Source: Candidatus Neptunichlamydia sp.
Lineage (GTDB): Bacteria > Chlamydiota > Chlamydiia > Chlamydiales > Simkaniaceae
Reading direction: 5' to 3'
Assembly: GCA_965233865.1 (NCBI GenBank)
Contig: OZ247587.1
Location: forward strand, 1,696,001-1,760,000
Length of the DNA stretch: 64,000 nucleotides
Numbering within the stretch: the stretch's first letter is position 1; every line of letters starts with the position of its first letter. The position numbers and the translations under genes are program-made. The notes beneath the pieces were generated by a model. That model worked only from the letters and a program-made list of their open reading frames with translations. It was not told the origin of the DNA and did not search any database. Shown piece after piece: positions 1-13,585 of the stretch.

Positions 1-482
1 GCACTCACATCAGCGTCAAAACCGATTCCAGCGACTCCCAAGTATGCTTCTTCATTAATCTGAACGGTATCGATCCATTGGTCATGCTGCTCGTTGATGA
101 TTTGGATTGCTTTGGCAGTGTCGGTAGGAATATCCAAATGGCGGGCAAACCCATTTCCTGAGCCGGTAGGCACAATGGCTAACGTTGCATGCGATCCGAT
201 CATTCCTTGAGCCACTTCATTAACCGATCCATCTCCTCCGACAGCGACAATAATTTCAGACCCTCGCCTAATCGCTCCGGCGCTAAGTTCTGTGGCATGT
301 TTATGGTAGGCTGTGTAGAGAATTTCGTAGTCAAAGGCCATGCGATTGAGATTTTTTTTGACAATCCGCTCAATCTTCTTTTGTTTTCCTACTCCAGATA
401 TGGGATTTACAATAAAAGTAACTTTAGTTTTCCCAAATAAAGATCCACAAAATACTAATAATAAAATTAATGCCTTATTCAT
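1..482 (-). CDS. Diacylglycerol kinase family (YegS/BmrU-like) lipid kinase, 3' end outside the window
   Basis: Not in ORF track. Manual translation: MNKALILLLVFCGSLFGKTKVTFIVNPISG...IVAVGGDGSVNEVAQG...IVPTGSGNGFAR...GIGFDADVS (NPxSG, GGDG, GSGN motifs). Confidence 0.9.
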   Translation of the reverse strand, partial: MNKALILLLVFCGSLFGKTKVTFIVNPISGVGKQKKIERIVKKNLNRMAFDYEILYTAYHKHATELSAGAIRRGSEIIVAVGGDGSVNEVAQGMIGSHATLAIVPTGSGNGFARHLDIPTDTAKAIQIINEQHDQWIDTVQINEEAYLGVAGIGFDADVS

Positions 483-550
483 ATTCAATAAGTATATTCT
501 ATTAGAAAATAGTAGACAAGGAGGGAGTGTCATCAGTAAGATGACCGGGT

Positions 551-4575
<4,025 letters not shown>

Positions 4576-4609
4576 CAGTTACTCTAAGCTCTAACCTTAA
4601 GGTGGTGTT

Positions 4610-5212
4610 ATGATCAAAGTTATTTTCGGTGGATTTATTGGTGCCATCATTGCTTTTGCGTGGTCCTTTGTTTCATGGGCCATTTTGCCTTGGCACGACT
4701 CTGCCATGAATAAGTTTTCTAACCAGGAATTTGTCTCGTGGGTAGTCAAGGAAAATGCGCCTAAAGGTGGAGTCTACATTGCCCCTTATTTCAAGTCGAC
4801 AGATGCTGATTTTTCTCCAGGGGAAATCTCTCAAAATCTTGATGAGCAGAAAGCCTCAATGAAGAAAGGACCTTTGGTTTACGCACAAGTTAAGCTGCAA
4901 GGAACCGATCCTACAAGCTTCAAAATCCACTTCTATTCTTTTTTAACCCAGTTTGCTGGAGCTATTCTCATTTGTTGGCTTCTAAAACAAGCTATTGATA
5001 TGAGTTATAAGGGACGTCTTCTCTTTGTAACGATTGTTGGACTCACCATTGGGGTACTGGGTTTTATTCCAGATTGGAACTGGTTTGGTGCTGGGTGGAA
5101 ATTCACTTTTTTCATGATTACAGATCTTGTGGTGACCTGGTTTCTTGTAGGGATCTTCATTGCGGCTTTCATCAAAGATGGCGAAGCTCCCGAAAGAGAA
5201 CTTATGATGTAG
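4610..5212 (+). CDS. Hypothetical integral membrane protein (about 4 TM)
   Basis: 200-aa ORF, AAGGTGG RBS, four hydrophobic segments. Confidence 0.8.
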   Translation: MIKVIFGGFIGAIIAFAWSFVSWAILPWHDSAMNKFSNQEFVSWVVKENAPKGGVYIAPYFKSTDADFSPGEISQNLDEQKASMKKGPLVYAQVKLQGTDPTSFKIHFYSFLTQFAGAILICWLLKQAIDMSYKGRLLFVTIVGLTIGVLGFIPDWNWFGAGWKFTFFMITDLVVTWFLVGIFIAAFIKDGEAPERELMM

Positions 5213-6569
5213 AAGCGGATTCTCCGATGAGGGTTTGATGATTGCAGCTGTGGAGCTTTACACTTTGCAGTGTACCGATCATGGAATCATCTCCTGGAAA
5301 AATTACCTTTTTCCAACAGCGGGTGCGTCCTTTGAGCTGACCATCACGGTTCTTTCTTTCGACAAGGACTTCTGCTTCATTTCCCAGAAAGCTACGGCGT
5401 TCTTCTGAAGAGATTTCTTCATGAAGAGCAATGAGACGCTGGAGGCGTTTTTCTTTGACATCCTCTGGGATATCATCCTTCCAACGCATTGCAGGGGTTC
5501 CCTTTCGAGGGCTATAAGTATAGAGGAAGGCAACAGAGTAGCGGACCTGGCGGAAAACCTCTAGAGTTTCTTCGAATTCTTCTTCGGTTTCCGTTGGAAA
5601 ACCCACAATAATGTCTGTGCCGAGCGAAACATTAGGGACAATTTCCTTTAGTAGAGAAACCTTTTCAAAGTATTGCTCTTTGGTGTAGATCCGATGCATC
5701 TTCTTTAGAATACGGCTGGATCCTGCTTGAATCGGAAAATGGACAAACTCGCAGAGGGAGGGGAGGTCTCGAATGGCTTCCATAAGCTCGCGTGTGATGT
5801 CGATGGGGTGGCTTGTCATGAAACGGATGCGCTCAATCCCACTTACTTTATCAAGGCGGTAGAGAAGGTCGTGGAAGAGTTCCTGCCAGTCGGGCTTGTC
5901 TTTTCCATAGCTGTTTACATTTTGTCCGAGGAGGGTGATTTCTTTATATCCTTGGTCAGCGAGGAGGCGGACTTCTTTTTCGATATCTTCAGAGGGGCGA
6001 GAGACTTCTTGACCTCGGGTGTAGGGGACAACGCAGTAGGTACAAAATTTGTCACATCCTCGAATAATGGAGACGTGAGCCTTATATTTGTCATCTCGAC
6101 TCGCAACCAGATAATCAAGATTTTCTTCGAATTGGTCGTCGGTTCGGATTTGTTGCCTCCCGGTCTCTAAGAGATTGCTTAGAACAGTGTCTAGATCGGT
6201 GATATTATTAGTTCCAATCACGAAGTCAACATTAGGAAGTTTTTTAAAAAGTGTGTCTTTTTTGGCCATTGCCATACAACCGGTAATTCCAATGAGTTGC
6301 TTCTTCTTTCCTCTACCGAGCTGCCCGATTTTCCCCATGACTTTTCGTTCTGCAAGGTCTCGGATTGAGCATGTGTTAAAGAGGAGAAGGTCTCCCTCCT
6401 TTTCGTTATAGACCCGTTTCAGCCCGCGCTTGAGGAGTTGTCCAATCATTATTTCAGAGTCTAGTTCGTTCATTTGGCACCCGTAGGTACGCATAAAAAA
6501 TGTTTTTGGCTTATCCATAAGTGCCGAGTTTAACCCAAATGCATTCAAATTTTCAAGGATAGAATTCAC
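5202..6569 (-). CDS. miaB: tRNA-2-methylthio-N6-isopentenyladenosine synthase
   Basis: TYGCQMN, NTCSIR, CDKFCTYC radical SAM motif, TRAM-like C-terminus; start uncertain. Confidence 0.96.
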   Translation of the reverse strand: MNSILENLNAFGLNSALMDKPKTFFMRTYGCQMNELDSEIMIGQLLKRGLKRVYNEKEGDLLLFNTCSIRDLAERKVMGKIGQLGRGKKKQLIGITGCMAMAKKDTLFKKLPNVDFVIGTNNITDLDTVLSNLLETGRQQIRTDDQFEENLDYLVASRDDKYKAHVSIIRGCDKFCTYCVVPYTRGQEVSRPSEDIEKEVRLLADQGYKEITLLGQNVNSYGKDKPDWQELFHDLLYRLDKVSGIERIRFMTSHPIDITRELMEAIRDLPSLCEFVHFPIQAGSSRILKKMHRIYTKEQYFEKVSLLKEIVPNVSLGTDIIVGFPTETEEEFEETLEVFRQVRYSVAFLYTYSPRKGTPAMRWKDDIPEDVKEKRLQRLIALHEEISSEERRSFLGNEAEVLVERKNRDGQLKGRTRCWKKVIFPGDDSMIGTLQSVKLHSCNHQTLIGESASTS

Positions 6570-6673
6570 CCTCTCAGGGGTTCAAAGAAAAATTTAGTCA
6601 ACGAAAGGGTTGGCAAAAAAAAGGCAGAACCTGTATATTGTTGCCTCAAACGTTAATGAGAAAGGAACCAGAA

Positions 6674-7123
6674 ATGGCTAAACGAAAAGATTCGACCATT
6701 CTACTGACCAAAGAAGAAGCTCAAGCTGCAAAAGGATGGGTGACTCTCGATGCAAAGGGAAAGACTTTAGGTAGATTTGCTTCCGAAGTCGCCCAGATAT
6801 TGCGTGGGAAGCACAAAACAAACTTCACACCTCACGTTGACAGCGGGGATGGAGTGATCATTCTTAATGCTGAGCATGTGGTTGTCAGTGGAAATAAAGA
6901 AGCTCAAAAAGTATATCGACACTACACTGGGCATATCGGTGGTCTCAGAGAGATCCCTTATCGTGTAATGAAAGAAAGAAAACCGACCTATATCCTCCGG
7001 CATGCTGTTCAAGGGATGATGCCCAAGACAAAGCTGGGGAAAGCACAACTTAAAAGACTACGTATTTTTGCAGGGGAGACTCACAACCTAGCAGCGCAAA
7101 AACCCCTATTTGTAGAGGTATAA
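6674..7123 (+). CDS. rplM: 50S ribosomal protein L13
   Basis: [24 protein letters not shown] 6674 follows AAGGA. Confidence 0.97.
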   Translation: MAKRKDSTILLTKEEAQAAKGWVTLDAKGKTLGRFASEVAQILRGKHKTNFTPHVDSGDGVIILNAEHVVVSGNKEAQKVYRHYTGHIGGLREIPYRVMKERKPTYILRHAVQGMMPKTKLGKAQLKRLRIFAGETHNLAAQKPLFVEV

Positions 7124-7130
7124 GGAAACT

Positions 7131-7526
7131 ATGGCAACGAAGAAAGAATCAATCGGAGTTGGAAGACGAAAGCGAGCGATCGCTGCAGTAAGACTTCGCC
7201 GCGGAAAAGGAAATATTGACGTCAATGGACGGAAAATTGAAGAGTATTTTACAACTGAGCTTCAAAGAGAAACAATCCTTTCCCCTCTTGTTAAATTACA
7301 ACTCGAAAATAATTATGACATTATTATCCGCGCCAAAGGGGGCGGAATCCAAGGTCAAATGATCGCTGCAAGACTCGGAATTGCACGTGCTCTCGTTAAG
7401 GAAGACGAAGAGAGACGAGCTTCTCTCAAAGGTGAAGGGTTTCTCACTAGAGATCCTCGTAAGCGTGAGCGTAAGAAATATGGTCTTGCTGGTGCAAGAA
7501 AACGCTTTCAATTCTCTAAGCGTTAA
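7131..7526 (+). CDS. rpsI: 30S ribosomal protein S9
   Basis: GRRKRA, GGG..GQ, ERKKYGL...QFSKR. Confidence 0.98.
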   Translation: MATKKESIGVGRRKRAIAAVRLRRGKGNIDVNGRKIEEYFTTELQRETILSPLVKLQLENNYDIIIRAKGGGIQGQMIAARLGIARALVKEDEERRASLKGEGFLTRDPRKRERKKYGLAGARKRFQFSKR

Positions 7527-7553
7527 AATTTACCTCTCTTTTCTTTTTACACG

Positions 7554-7583
7554 AAGTCCTGGGGATCACCTCAGGACTTTTTT
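7554..7583 (+). terminator. Intrinsic terminator of rplM-rpsI
   Basis: AAGTCCTGGGG-ATCA-CCTCAGGACTT followed by T run. Confidence 0.8.
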
Positions 7584-7640
7584 GTTGAGCAAATGGCCAC
7601 CGTAAATACGGGAATAGTCGCTAGAACGTCGTGAAATAGA

Positions 7641-9143
7641 TCAATACTTAGATTTTAGATAATCCATATAAGGTTGAGGGGAAAGAGGAGACCCTGTGGC
7701 ATTTTCAATAAGTTCAAGTGAGTGGAATTCGCGGCCATGACAGTGAATTTTTTCGTAGAGGAACTTTTGGATAAAAGAGAGATTTCCATCGGCTATTGAA
7801 GTTGCATAGTTTGGAAAAGTTTGTGTGAAGGTTTCGAAGACTTGTCCGGAGTAGAGATTCCCAAGGGCATAGGTAGGAAAATATCCAATTAAGCCAAAAG
7901 CCCAGTGGATATCTTGAAGGCATCCATCGGCATCGGTGTTTGGGACAATCCCGAGAGACTCTTCCATTTTCTTATTCCAGATACGTGGAAGATCAGCCAG
8001 ATCGATTGATCCTGTGATAAATTCCTTTTCAATTTCATAACGGATAATGATGTGGAGGATGTAAGTCACCTCATCAGCATAGACGCGAATCAGAGAGGGT
8101 TCCACATGGTTAATAGTATTAATAAAGTGATCAAGCGTGACCCCTTTAAGTTGTTTTGGAAAAGCTTTTTCGAGATGGGGGAAAGCAAACTCCCACAAGG
8201 GGCGCCCTTGTCCAATAAAACATTCCCACCAACGAGACTGGCTTTCATGAACACCTAAAGAACATGCGTCAGCAAGGGGGGTTCCTAGATCTTCATAAGG
8301 AAGGCCAAGCTCATAAAGGGCGTGTCCGCCTTCATGAAGAACAGCGAAGATACTATTAAAGAAAGAAGTTGTACTGGTGAAGGTTGTAAAGCGCACATCA
8401 TGAGGATTGAAACCCGTACAGAATGGATGGGCAGAAAAATCAAGCCGTGCTCTATTTAAATCTACTCCCATTTTTTCTAGAAGAAAATGGTTGAATTTTT
8501 GCTGTTCATTCAGAGGATAGCTGGCCGAAAGAAAAGCCATTTCTTCTCCTTTTTTGGAGAGTTTCCTCGTAAGATCGGTTAAAAAAGGCTTCAGCACTCC
8601 AAAAAGAGAGTCAAGTTTTTTTGAAGTCATCCCCGGTTCATAGAGATTTAAAAGAGCGTCGTAGGGGTGCTCATCATAACCAAGGTAATCTACTTTTTCT
8701 TTATGAAGAGCAACGATTTCTTTCAGATGAGGGAGGAATGCCTCGTAATTGTTATCTTTCTTGGCATGCTGCCAAGCATTTACACCCTGAGAGGTTGCTT
8801 TTGCAAGTTTTTTGACAAAGGCATTAGGAAGCTTGGCCTCTTGAAGAAAATCAGAACGAAATTCTCTTAAGGAGGCCTTTTTTCTTCCATCAAGAGCATC
8901 GGATCTCACTTCACCAGATTCAAGATCAATTAATTTTTCAAGAGCGTGTTTGTACTCGGTACTTGTCTTTTCTTTATGCATGAGGGAGGTAACAAGCTCA
9001 ATTTGGCTTGAACGAAAATCAATCCCATCCTTTGGCATAAAGGTTTCTTGATCCCACTCAAGGAGCATAGAAACCGAAGAAAGTAGGCGGAGATCCTTTC
9101 CTCGTTCCTTTAATTTTTCATAATCTTTTAGGACTCCGGACAT
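7641..9143 (-). CDS. M32 family carboxypeptidase
   Basis: HPF, HEGGH, HESQ, IRxxAD, QDIHW, GYFPTY motifs. Confidence 0.95.
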   Translation of the reverse strand: MSGVLKDYEKLKERGKDLRLLSSVSMLLEWDQETFMPKDGIDFRSSQIELVTSLMHKEKTSTEYKHALEKLIDLESGEVRSDALDGRKKASLREFRSDFLQEAKLPNAFVKKLAKATSQGVNAWQHAKKDNNYEAFLPHLKEIVALHKEKVDYLGYDEHPYDALLNLYEPGMTSKKLDSLFGVLKPFLTDLTRKLSKKGEEMAFLSASYPLNEQQKFNHFLLEKMGVDLNRARLDFSAHPFCTGFNPHDVRFTTFTSTTSFFNSIFAVLHEGGHALYELGLPYEDLGTPLADACSLGVHESQSRWWECFIGQGRPLWEFAFPHLEKAFPKQLKGVTLDHFINTINHVEPSLIRVYADEVTYILHIIIRYEIEKEFITGSIDLADLPRIWNKKMEESLGIVPNTDADGCLQDIHWAFGLIGYFPTYALGNLYSGQVFETFTQTFPNYATSIADGNLSFIQKFLYEKIHCHGREFHSLELIENATGSPLSPQPYMDYLKSKY

Positions 9144-9862
9144 GACTTTTTTCTCCTTATAAGTAGTTTTTCAATTCCGTTGATGCACCAGTTAGCAAAA
9201 GGAGTTCCAAAAGCAAGACTGGAGGCCAAGATGGCTATCGAAGCGCTTCCGATTAAGTTGTCTGTGAGCCAGTGTGCTCCTGCAATTAGACGGGGCAAAC
9301 AAAAAAAGATCGCATAAAGGATAGCAATAAATCCGGCCCGTTTTCCCATTAGGTAGAAGATCAGGCAAGTAAACAGAGTGGCCGTCGTTGCATGATCTCC
9401 AGGAAAGCTTTTTCGAGAATGGTCCTTAACCTTGATCCAATCCACAACACTAGAGAGTCGAAAAGCGCTTTTATCGACTATCGTAGGACTCTTCCGTGGA
9501 ACGTGGATGAACTCTGGGAAAAGGATTCCATTGACCATACAAATCACGAGTGCAATAAACAAGGCCGAAAAGATCATTTCAGCAACCTTTTTCTTCTTAA
9601 AAGAAGCTGCTGCGCAAAAGATATTAATAAAGAAAAAAAGGAACATCAAAAGATCATGGATCCAATCCATAATGCGATGTCCTGTAAATGCCCAAAAGCT
9701 TTGCCAAAAAACACTATGGTGAACCCAAGAATTAAGAAAAGTAAATGTCTTGAGATCAATAGCATCCCACCAAATCCGTGTCAGAGGATTGAACCAGCTC
9801 AAATATACAAGAAGGATCAGAGAAGGGGGGATTATTAATTTTTTGTAATTCATCTGATGCAC
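9128..9862 (-). CDS. lpxT: PAP2-family membrane phosphotransferase, LpxT/YeiU-like
   Basis: RKSPT, KDHSRKSFPGDH, PRLIAGAHWLTD resemble YeiU/LpxT motifs as recalled; PAP2 family is certain, subfamily is inferred. Confidence 0.65.
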   Translation of the reverse strand: MHQMNYKKLIIPPSLILLVYLSWFNPLTRIWWDAIDLKTFTFLNSWVHHSVFWQSFWAFTGHRIMDWIHDLLMFLFFFINIFCAAASFKKKKVAEMIFSALFIALVICMVNGILFPEFIHVPRKSPTIVDKSAFRLSSVVDWIKVKDHSRKSFPGDHATTATLFTCLIFYLMGKRAGFIAILYAIFFCLPRLIAGAHWLTDNLIGSASIAILASSLAFGTPFANWCINGIEKLLIRRKKSCPES

Positions 9863-10941
9863 ATTTTAATGAATCGGGGCCCAAAAATGAAGAAAAAAGC
9901 GATCGGGAGGGTGAAGATTGCCCAAAATGGGGGGACGACATGTAGCTCTCCCAGAATAACACACCCATCCATGATGGTAAAAAATGCGATGTATCCAAAA
10001 ACTGTTAGAGAGAAAATAATAAAAGTTGGGTCATTTCGACTTGAAACGACGCAGAAGGGAATCAATCCAATCAGAACCAGAACAGGAAGCCAAGGCATAA
10101 AAAGTTTAAAGTAGAGGTAAGTGTGAACAAGCCAGCGGTTTTCATGAAAGAGACGGGTTTTATTAAGCGCCATGGTTGCTAATTGAGTCATCGATCGGTT
10201 TTCCATTGACTGCTCAAAATAATCTTGTAAATCAAAGTTTAAATAGAGCGATTCAAAAGAGTGCCTTGAAAAGGAAGAGACCTTTTCTATCTGTCCTTTT
10301 TCATTCCGTTTCATATGGTCGACAAAGGTTCCTACTGGGTGAGGAGATCTAATTTGTAGCGTTTTCATATGATAGATTTCATCAGAAGAGTGCACCCAGA
10401 AAATATCAACAAATTCTTTTTTTTCAGTATTGTAAGACTGATAGAGGAAGCGCGTACCATCTTCTAAGGAAAGAGAATGAACCGCTGTTTCAGTCTTTTT
10501 GTGAGATTTTTTTTTCTTTAGGTATTTTTGTTCAAAGTGATCAATGTAGTTAAGCGACTTTGGGGCTAGAACTTCAAAGTTGTAATAGTTCGCTGCAACG
10601 CAGATCAGCCCTACAAAAAAGAAAGGACGGATGAGGTGATAAACAGGGATGCCAGCTGCTTGAAATGCAAGGAGTTCATTTCGCTTATTCAAGCTTGTTA
10701 GAATCTTTACACTTGAAATCAATAAAGATAGAGGGAGAAGGAGGTCACATCGTTTTAAAAAAAGCATTCCATAATAAATAGACAAATCCCCCCAAGAGAT
10801 TTGATCATTCTTTAGGATTTCTTGTATGTGCATTGAGTAATCAATCAAAACGTATAAGAAGAAAAAGCAGAACAAAAACAGAAAGAAAACCTTGAAAATC
10901 TCTTTTAATAGATAACGTTGCCAGATTTTTGTAAATATCAT
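9850..10941 (-). CDS. lptG: LptF/LptG family LPS export permease (LptG-like)
   Basis: RYLLKE N-terminus, NELLAFQAAGIP motif, 3+3 TM layout, tandem with paralog. Confidence 0.8.
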   Translation of the reverse strand: MIFTKIWQRYLLKEIFKVFFLFLFCFFFLYVLIDYSMHIQEILKNDQISWGDLSIYYGMLFLKRCDLLLPLSLLISSVKILTSLNKRNELLAFQAAGIPVYHLIRPFFFVGLICVAANYYNFEVLAPKSLNYIDHFEQKYLKKKKSHKKTETAVHSLSLEDGTRFLYQSYNTEKKEFVDIFWVHSSDEIYHMKTLQIRSPHPVGTFVDHMKRNEKGQIEKVSSFSRHSFESLYLNFDLQDYFEQSMENRSMTQLATMALNKTRLFHENRWLVHTYLYFKLFMPWLPVLVLIGLIPFCVVSSRNDPTFIIFSLTVFGYIAFFTIMDGCVILGELHVVPPFWAIFTLPIAFFFIFGPRFIKMCIR

Positions 10942-12029
10942 TCAATTCCTCCTAGGATCCGTTTTTGAAACCAATACGAAGCAAAGAGGAGAATCATCAA
11001 TGGGAGAGAATAAAAGAAAATGACCTTGTGAGGGGAAAGCTGGAATGATTTTGCGGCAATTGAACAGATAAAAGTAAATCCTGAGAGGAGGGTCGCCCAA
11101 TAAAGCCCCTTTTTCTTTTGTCCCCGTCCAATTTGCATTCCCAAGGAAAAGCCTAAGAGATTAAAAGCAAAAGTAATGGATGGAAAAAAGAGGCGGCGGC
11201 AAAATTCAAATTTTGCCCGATTTATTATTTTGATGTTTGCATCTGGGTCGGAAAATGTGTGCAGGAGTGTTGTCATTGGAAGATGTTCCATCCCCAGTCT
11301 GTGAGTACTTTTTTTCATGAGATCTGAGAGAGCTGAGGCAGAAGTCGACATTGTCTCCTGGTTTTCGATAATTAAGCTATCAAAAAAATCAGGCTCTTCA
11401 GGGATATTGGAGATAATGGTCACTTGACTTCCTGTCATTAAGTTATCATTAACAGCAAATTTTTTGGCTGTCATTAAACTGATGCGGTCAGTTGATTCAT
11501 TTTTGACTGCAAAAATGATGTCTTTAGCTTCTCTTCCTAGGTGTGTCATCTTCATGTCGACATAAGAGTCTTGAAGTTTGAGCATCTTAGATTTTTTTAT
11601 TAAAAATAGAGGGTTGATGGTTGTTGCGCTCTGAATTAAGTTTTGGGAGAGGTGGCGACATCTTGGAGTGACTTCTGCGACAATTGCAAAATTCACAACA
11701 GAAAGAAGAAAGGCAGCCATAAGTAGGGGAGTTCCGAGTGTTTTGACTCCAATGCCTGAGGCTCGAAAGGCGGTGAGTTCTTGGGTATGGGAAAGGCGCT
11801 GCAAAAGAAGAATTGCTGAAATTAATCCAGAAATCGGAATCGCGATGGGGAGGATATGGGGGATTTGAAAGAGTGTAAAGAGAAGAACCTTACCTAAATG
11901 AGAGTTTAAGGCAACAAGACGCGCAATTTCCTGAATCCGCGTAACGAGTAGGACGGAGATAAACCCAACGACACATAGAAAAAAAACTTGAAAATAGTTA
12001 CGAAGAAGCAATCGCCACACGAGAGGCAT
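10938..12029 (-). CDS. lptF: LptF/LptG family LPS export permease (LptF-like)
   Basis: RLSHTQELTAFRASGIG motif, 3+3 TM layout. Confidence 0.8.
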   Translation of the reverse strand: MPLVWRLLLRNYFQVFFLCVVGFISVLLVTRIQEIARLVALNSHLGKVLLFTLFQIPHILPIAIPISGLISAILLLQRLSHTQELTAFRASGIGVKTLGTPLLMAAFLLSVVNFAIVAEVTPRCRHLSQNLIQSATTINPLFLIKKSKMLKLQDSYVDMKMTHLGREAKDIIFAVKNESTDRISLMTAKKFAVNDNLMTGSQVTIISNIPEEPDFFDSLIIENQETMSTSASALSDLMKKSTHRLGMEHLPMTTLLHTFSDPDANIKIINRAKFEFCRRLFFPSITFAFNLLGFSLGMQIGRGQKKKGLYWATLLSGFTFICSIAAKSFQLSPHKVIFFYSLPLMILLFASYWFQKRILGGIE

Positions 12030-12083
12030 TTATTACCTTAATTATGCAAAATAAATCCCTCTTAGTGTATCCTAATTCCTTTT

Positions 12084-13310
12084 TTGTCGAAAGAAGCGAT
12101 GTACGATCGTATTGTAAAAGATTTTCTAATTCTCCGATTAAAAAAGGGTTCGACTCTTCTTCTGGGGCTTTCAGGGGGACCAGATTCTATGGCGTTGCTT
12201 CATTTTCTCATGGAGGCTAAGAAGGAACTCAATTTTTTTCTCCATGTAGCACACGTAGATCATGGATGGCGCGAAGAAAGTGGAAGAGAGGCAGAGACCC
12301 TTCGCCAAATGTCTAAGTACCATTCACTTCCTTTTTATCTCCATCGATTAGAAAAGATGGAGGGAAGAGATCTTGAAAATCGCTCTCGAAATGAAAGGTT
12401 AAAATTCTTCTGCGCTCTTCATTCAGAGCATCATTATCAAGCTCTGCTTCTAGCTCACCACAGTGGTGATCATGCTGAAACAGTATTCAAACGGGTCGCA
12501 GAAGGGGCAGGGTTGAGAGGTCTCGGAGGCCTATATGCTGAACGGTCTATTGAAAACCTTTCCGTGTGGCGTCCCCTTCTTTCTTTAAAAAAAAAAGACC
12601 TCTTGACTTACCTTCATAGAAAAAAACTCCACTACTTTGAAGACCCTACGAATCAAGATCCCAAATACCTCCGTTCTAGAATGAGACAAACACTTTTCCC
12701 CACTCTAGAGGAAATTTTTGGAAAGAGGATGGAGGGAAATTTTGCTAGAATTGGAAAAATGTGCCAGGAACTCGCCGACTATTTTGAAGAAAAAGGGGAA
12801 GAGATTGAAAAAAAACTGGTTTATGGCCCTTTTGGTGCTTACCTTAATTTAGAGCAAGGAATTCACTCTGTTGAGCTCAAGTACTATTTAAAAGAGTTAG
12901 CCCCCTTTTCTCACGATGCCCTTGAAGTGCTCATGAAACTCATTAGAGAGCGTCGTTGTTCGCGCCTAATTCAATCGGGAAATTTGACCTTTCAAATCAC
13001 TCGATCGCACCTATTCATCTACCAGAATCCTTTTCCTGACTTTTTTGAAAAGAGTGAACTTTGGACAGAAGGAGAAAATGGAGACTGGAAAGAGTTTTGG
13101 CAGGGAAAGATTAAAATTGAAGAAGGTGTTACTTTGAAAAAGCTGTCGGAGGTCGAGCCGCTTCTTAAAAGAAAATTGAAGAAGTGGTTTGCAGCACACC
13201 ATGTTCCTTCATTTTTTTATGATAAGGCTCCAATTTTTACGAAAGGGAATAAGGTTGTAGGAGATAGCCTTACTGGGAAAAACTTAAATATTTTATTAAA
13301 AGATAAATAA
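12084..13310 (+). CDS. tilS: tRNA(Ile)-lysidine synthase
   Basis: SGGPDS, HVDHGWR, AHHxxDxAET, RPLL, EDPTN; upstream of ftsH; start may be ATG 12099. Confidence 0.95.
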   Translation: MSKEAMYDRIVKDFLILRLKKGSTLLLGLSGGPDSMALLHFLMEAKKELNFFLHVAHVDHGWREESGREAETLRQMSKYHSLPFYLHRLEKMEGRDLENRSRNERLKFFCALHSEHHYQALLLAHHSGDHAETVFKRVAEGAGLRGLGGLYAERSIENLSVWRPLLSLKKKDLLTYLHRKKLHYFEDPTNQDPKYLRSRMRQTLFPTLEEIFGKRMEGNFARIGKMCQELADYFEEKGEEIEKKLVYGPFGAYLNLEQGIHSVELKYYLKELAPFSHDALEVLMKLIRERRCSRLIQSGNLTFQITRSHLFIYQNPFPDFFEKSELWTEGENGDWKEFWQGKIKIEEGVTLKKLSEVEPLLKRKLKKWFAAHHVPSFFYDKAPIFTKGNKVVGDSLTGKNLNILLKDK

Positions 13311-13585
13311 GAAAAAAGATTACTCTAGCTTTGCTTTCTTCACATTCTTTTTCTTTTCCCTCAGTCAAGCGCTTATGCTCATCGTTTAAGGGCGTTTTTT
13401 AACACAAGGCTTTAGATGTCAATATCTAAACTAAATAGAGAATTTTCTGATAAATGACTGGCTATCCTCTTTAGGCTTTTAATTGCAGTTTGATAAATTT
13501 TTCTATTCAGAAAAAGGGTAATTATTTAAAATAGTGTAGCTGCTAAGGTTTGATGCTGAGGCAGTTTGCTAATCGATGAAACATT

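Noticed and set aside
13311..13585. ncRNA or riboswitch upstream of ftsH
   Set aside because: AT-rich with no convincing structure or known motif; an Rfam scan would be needed
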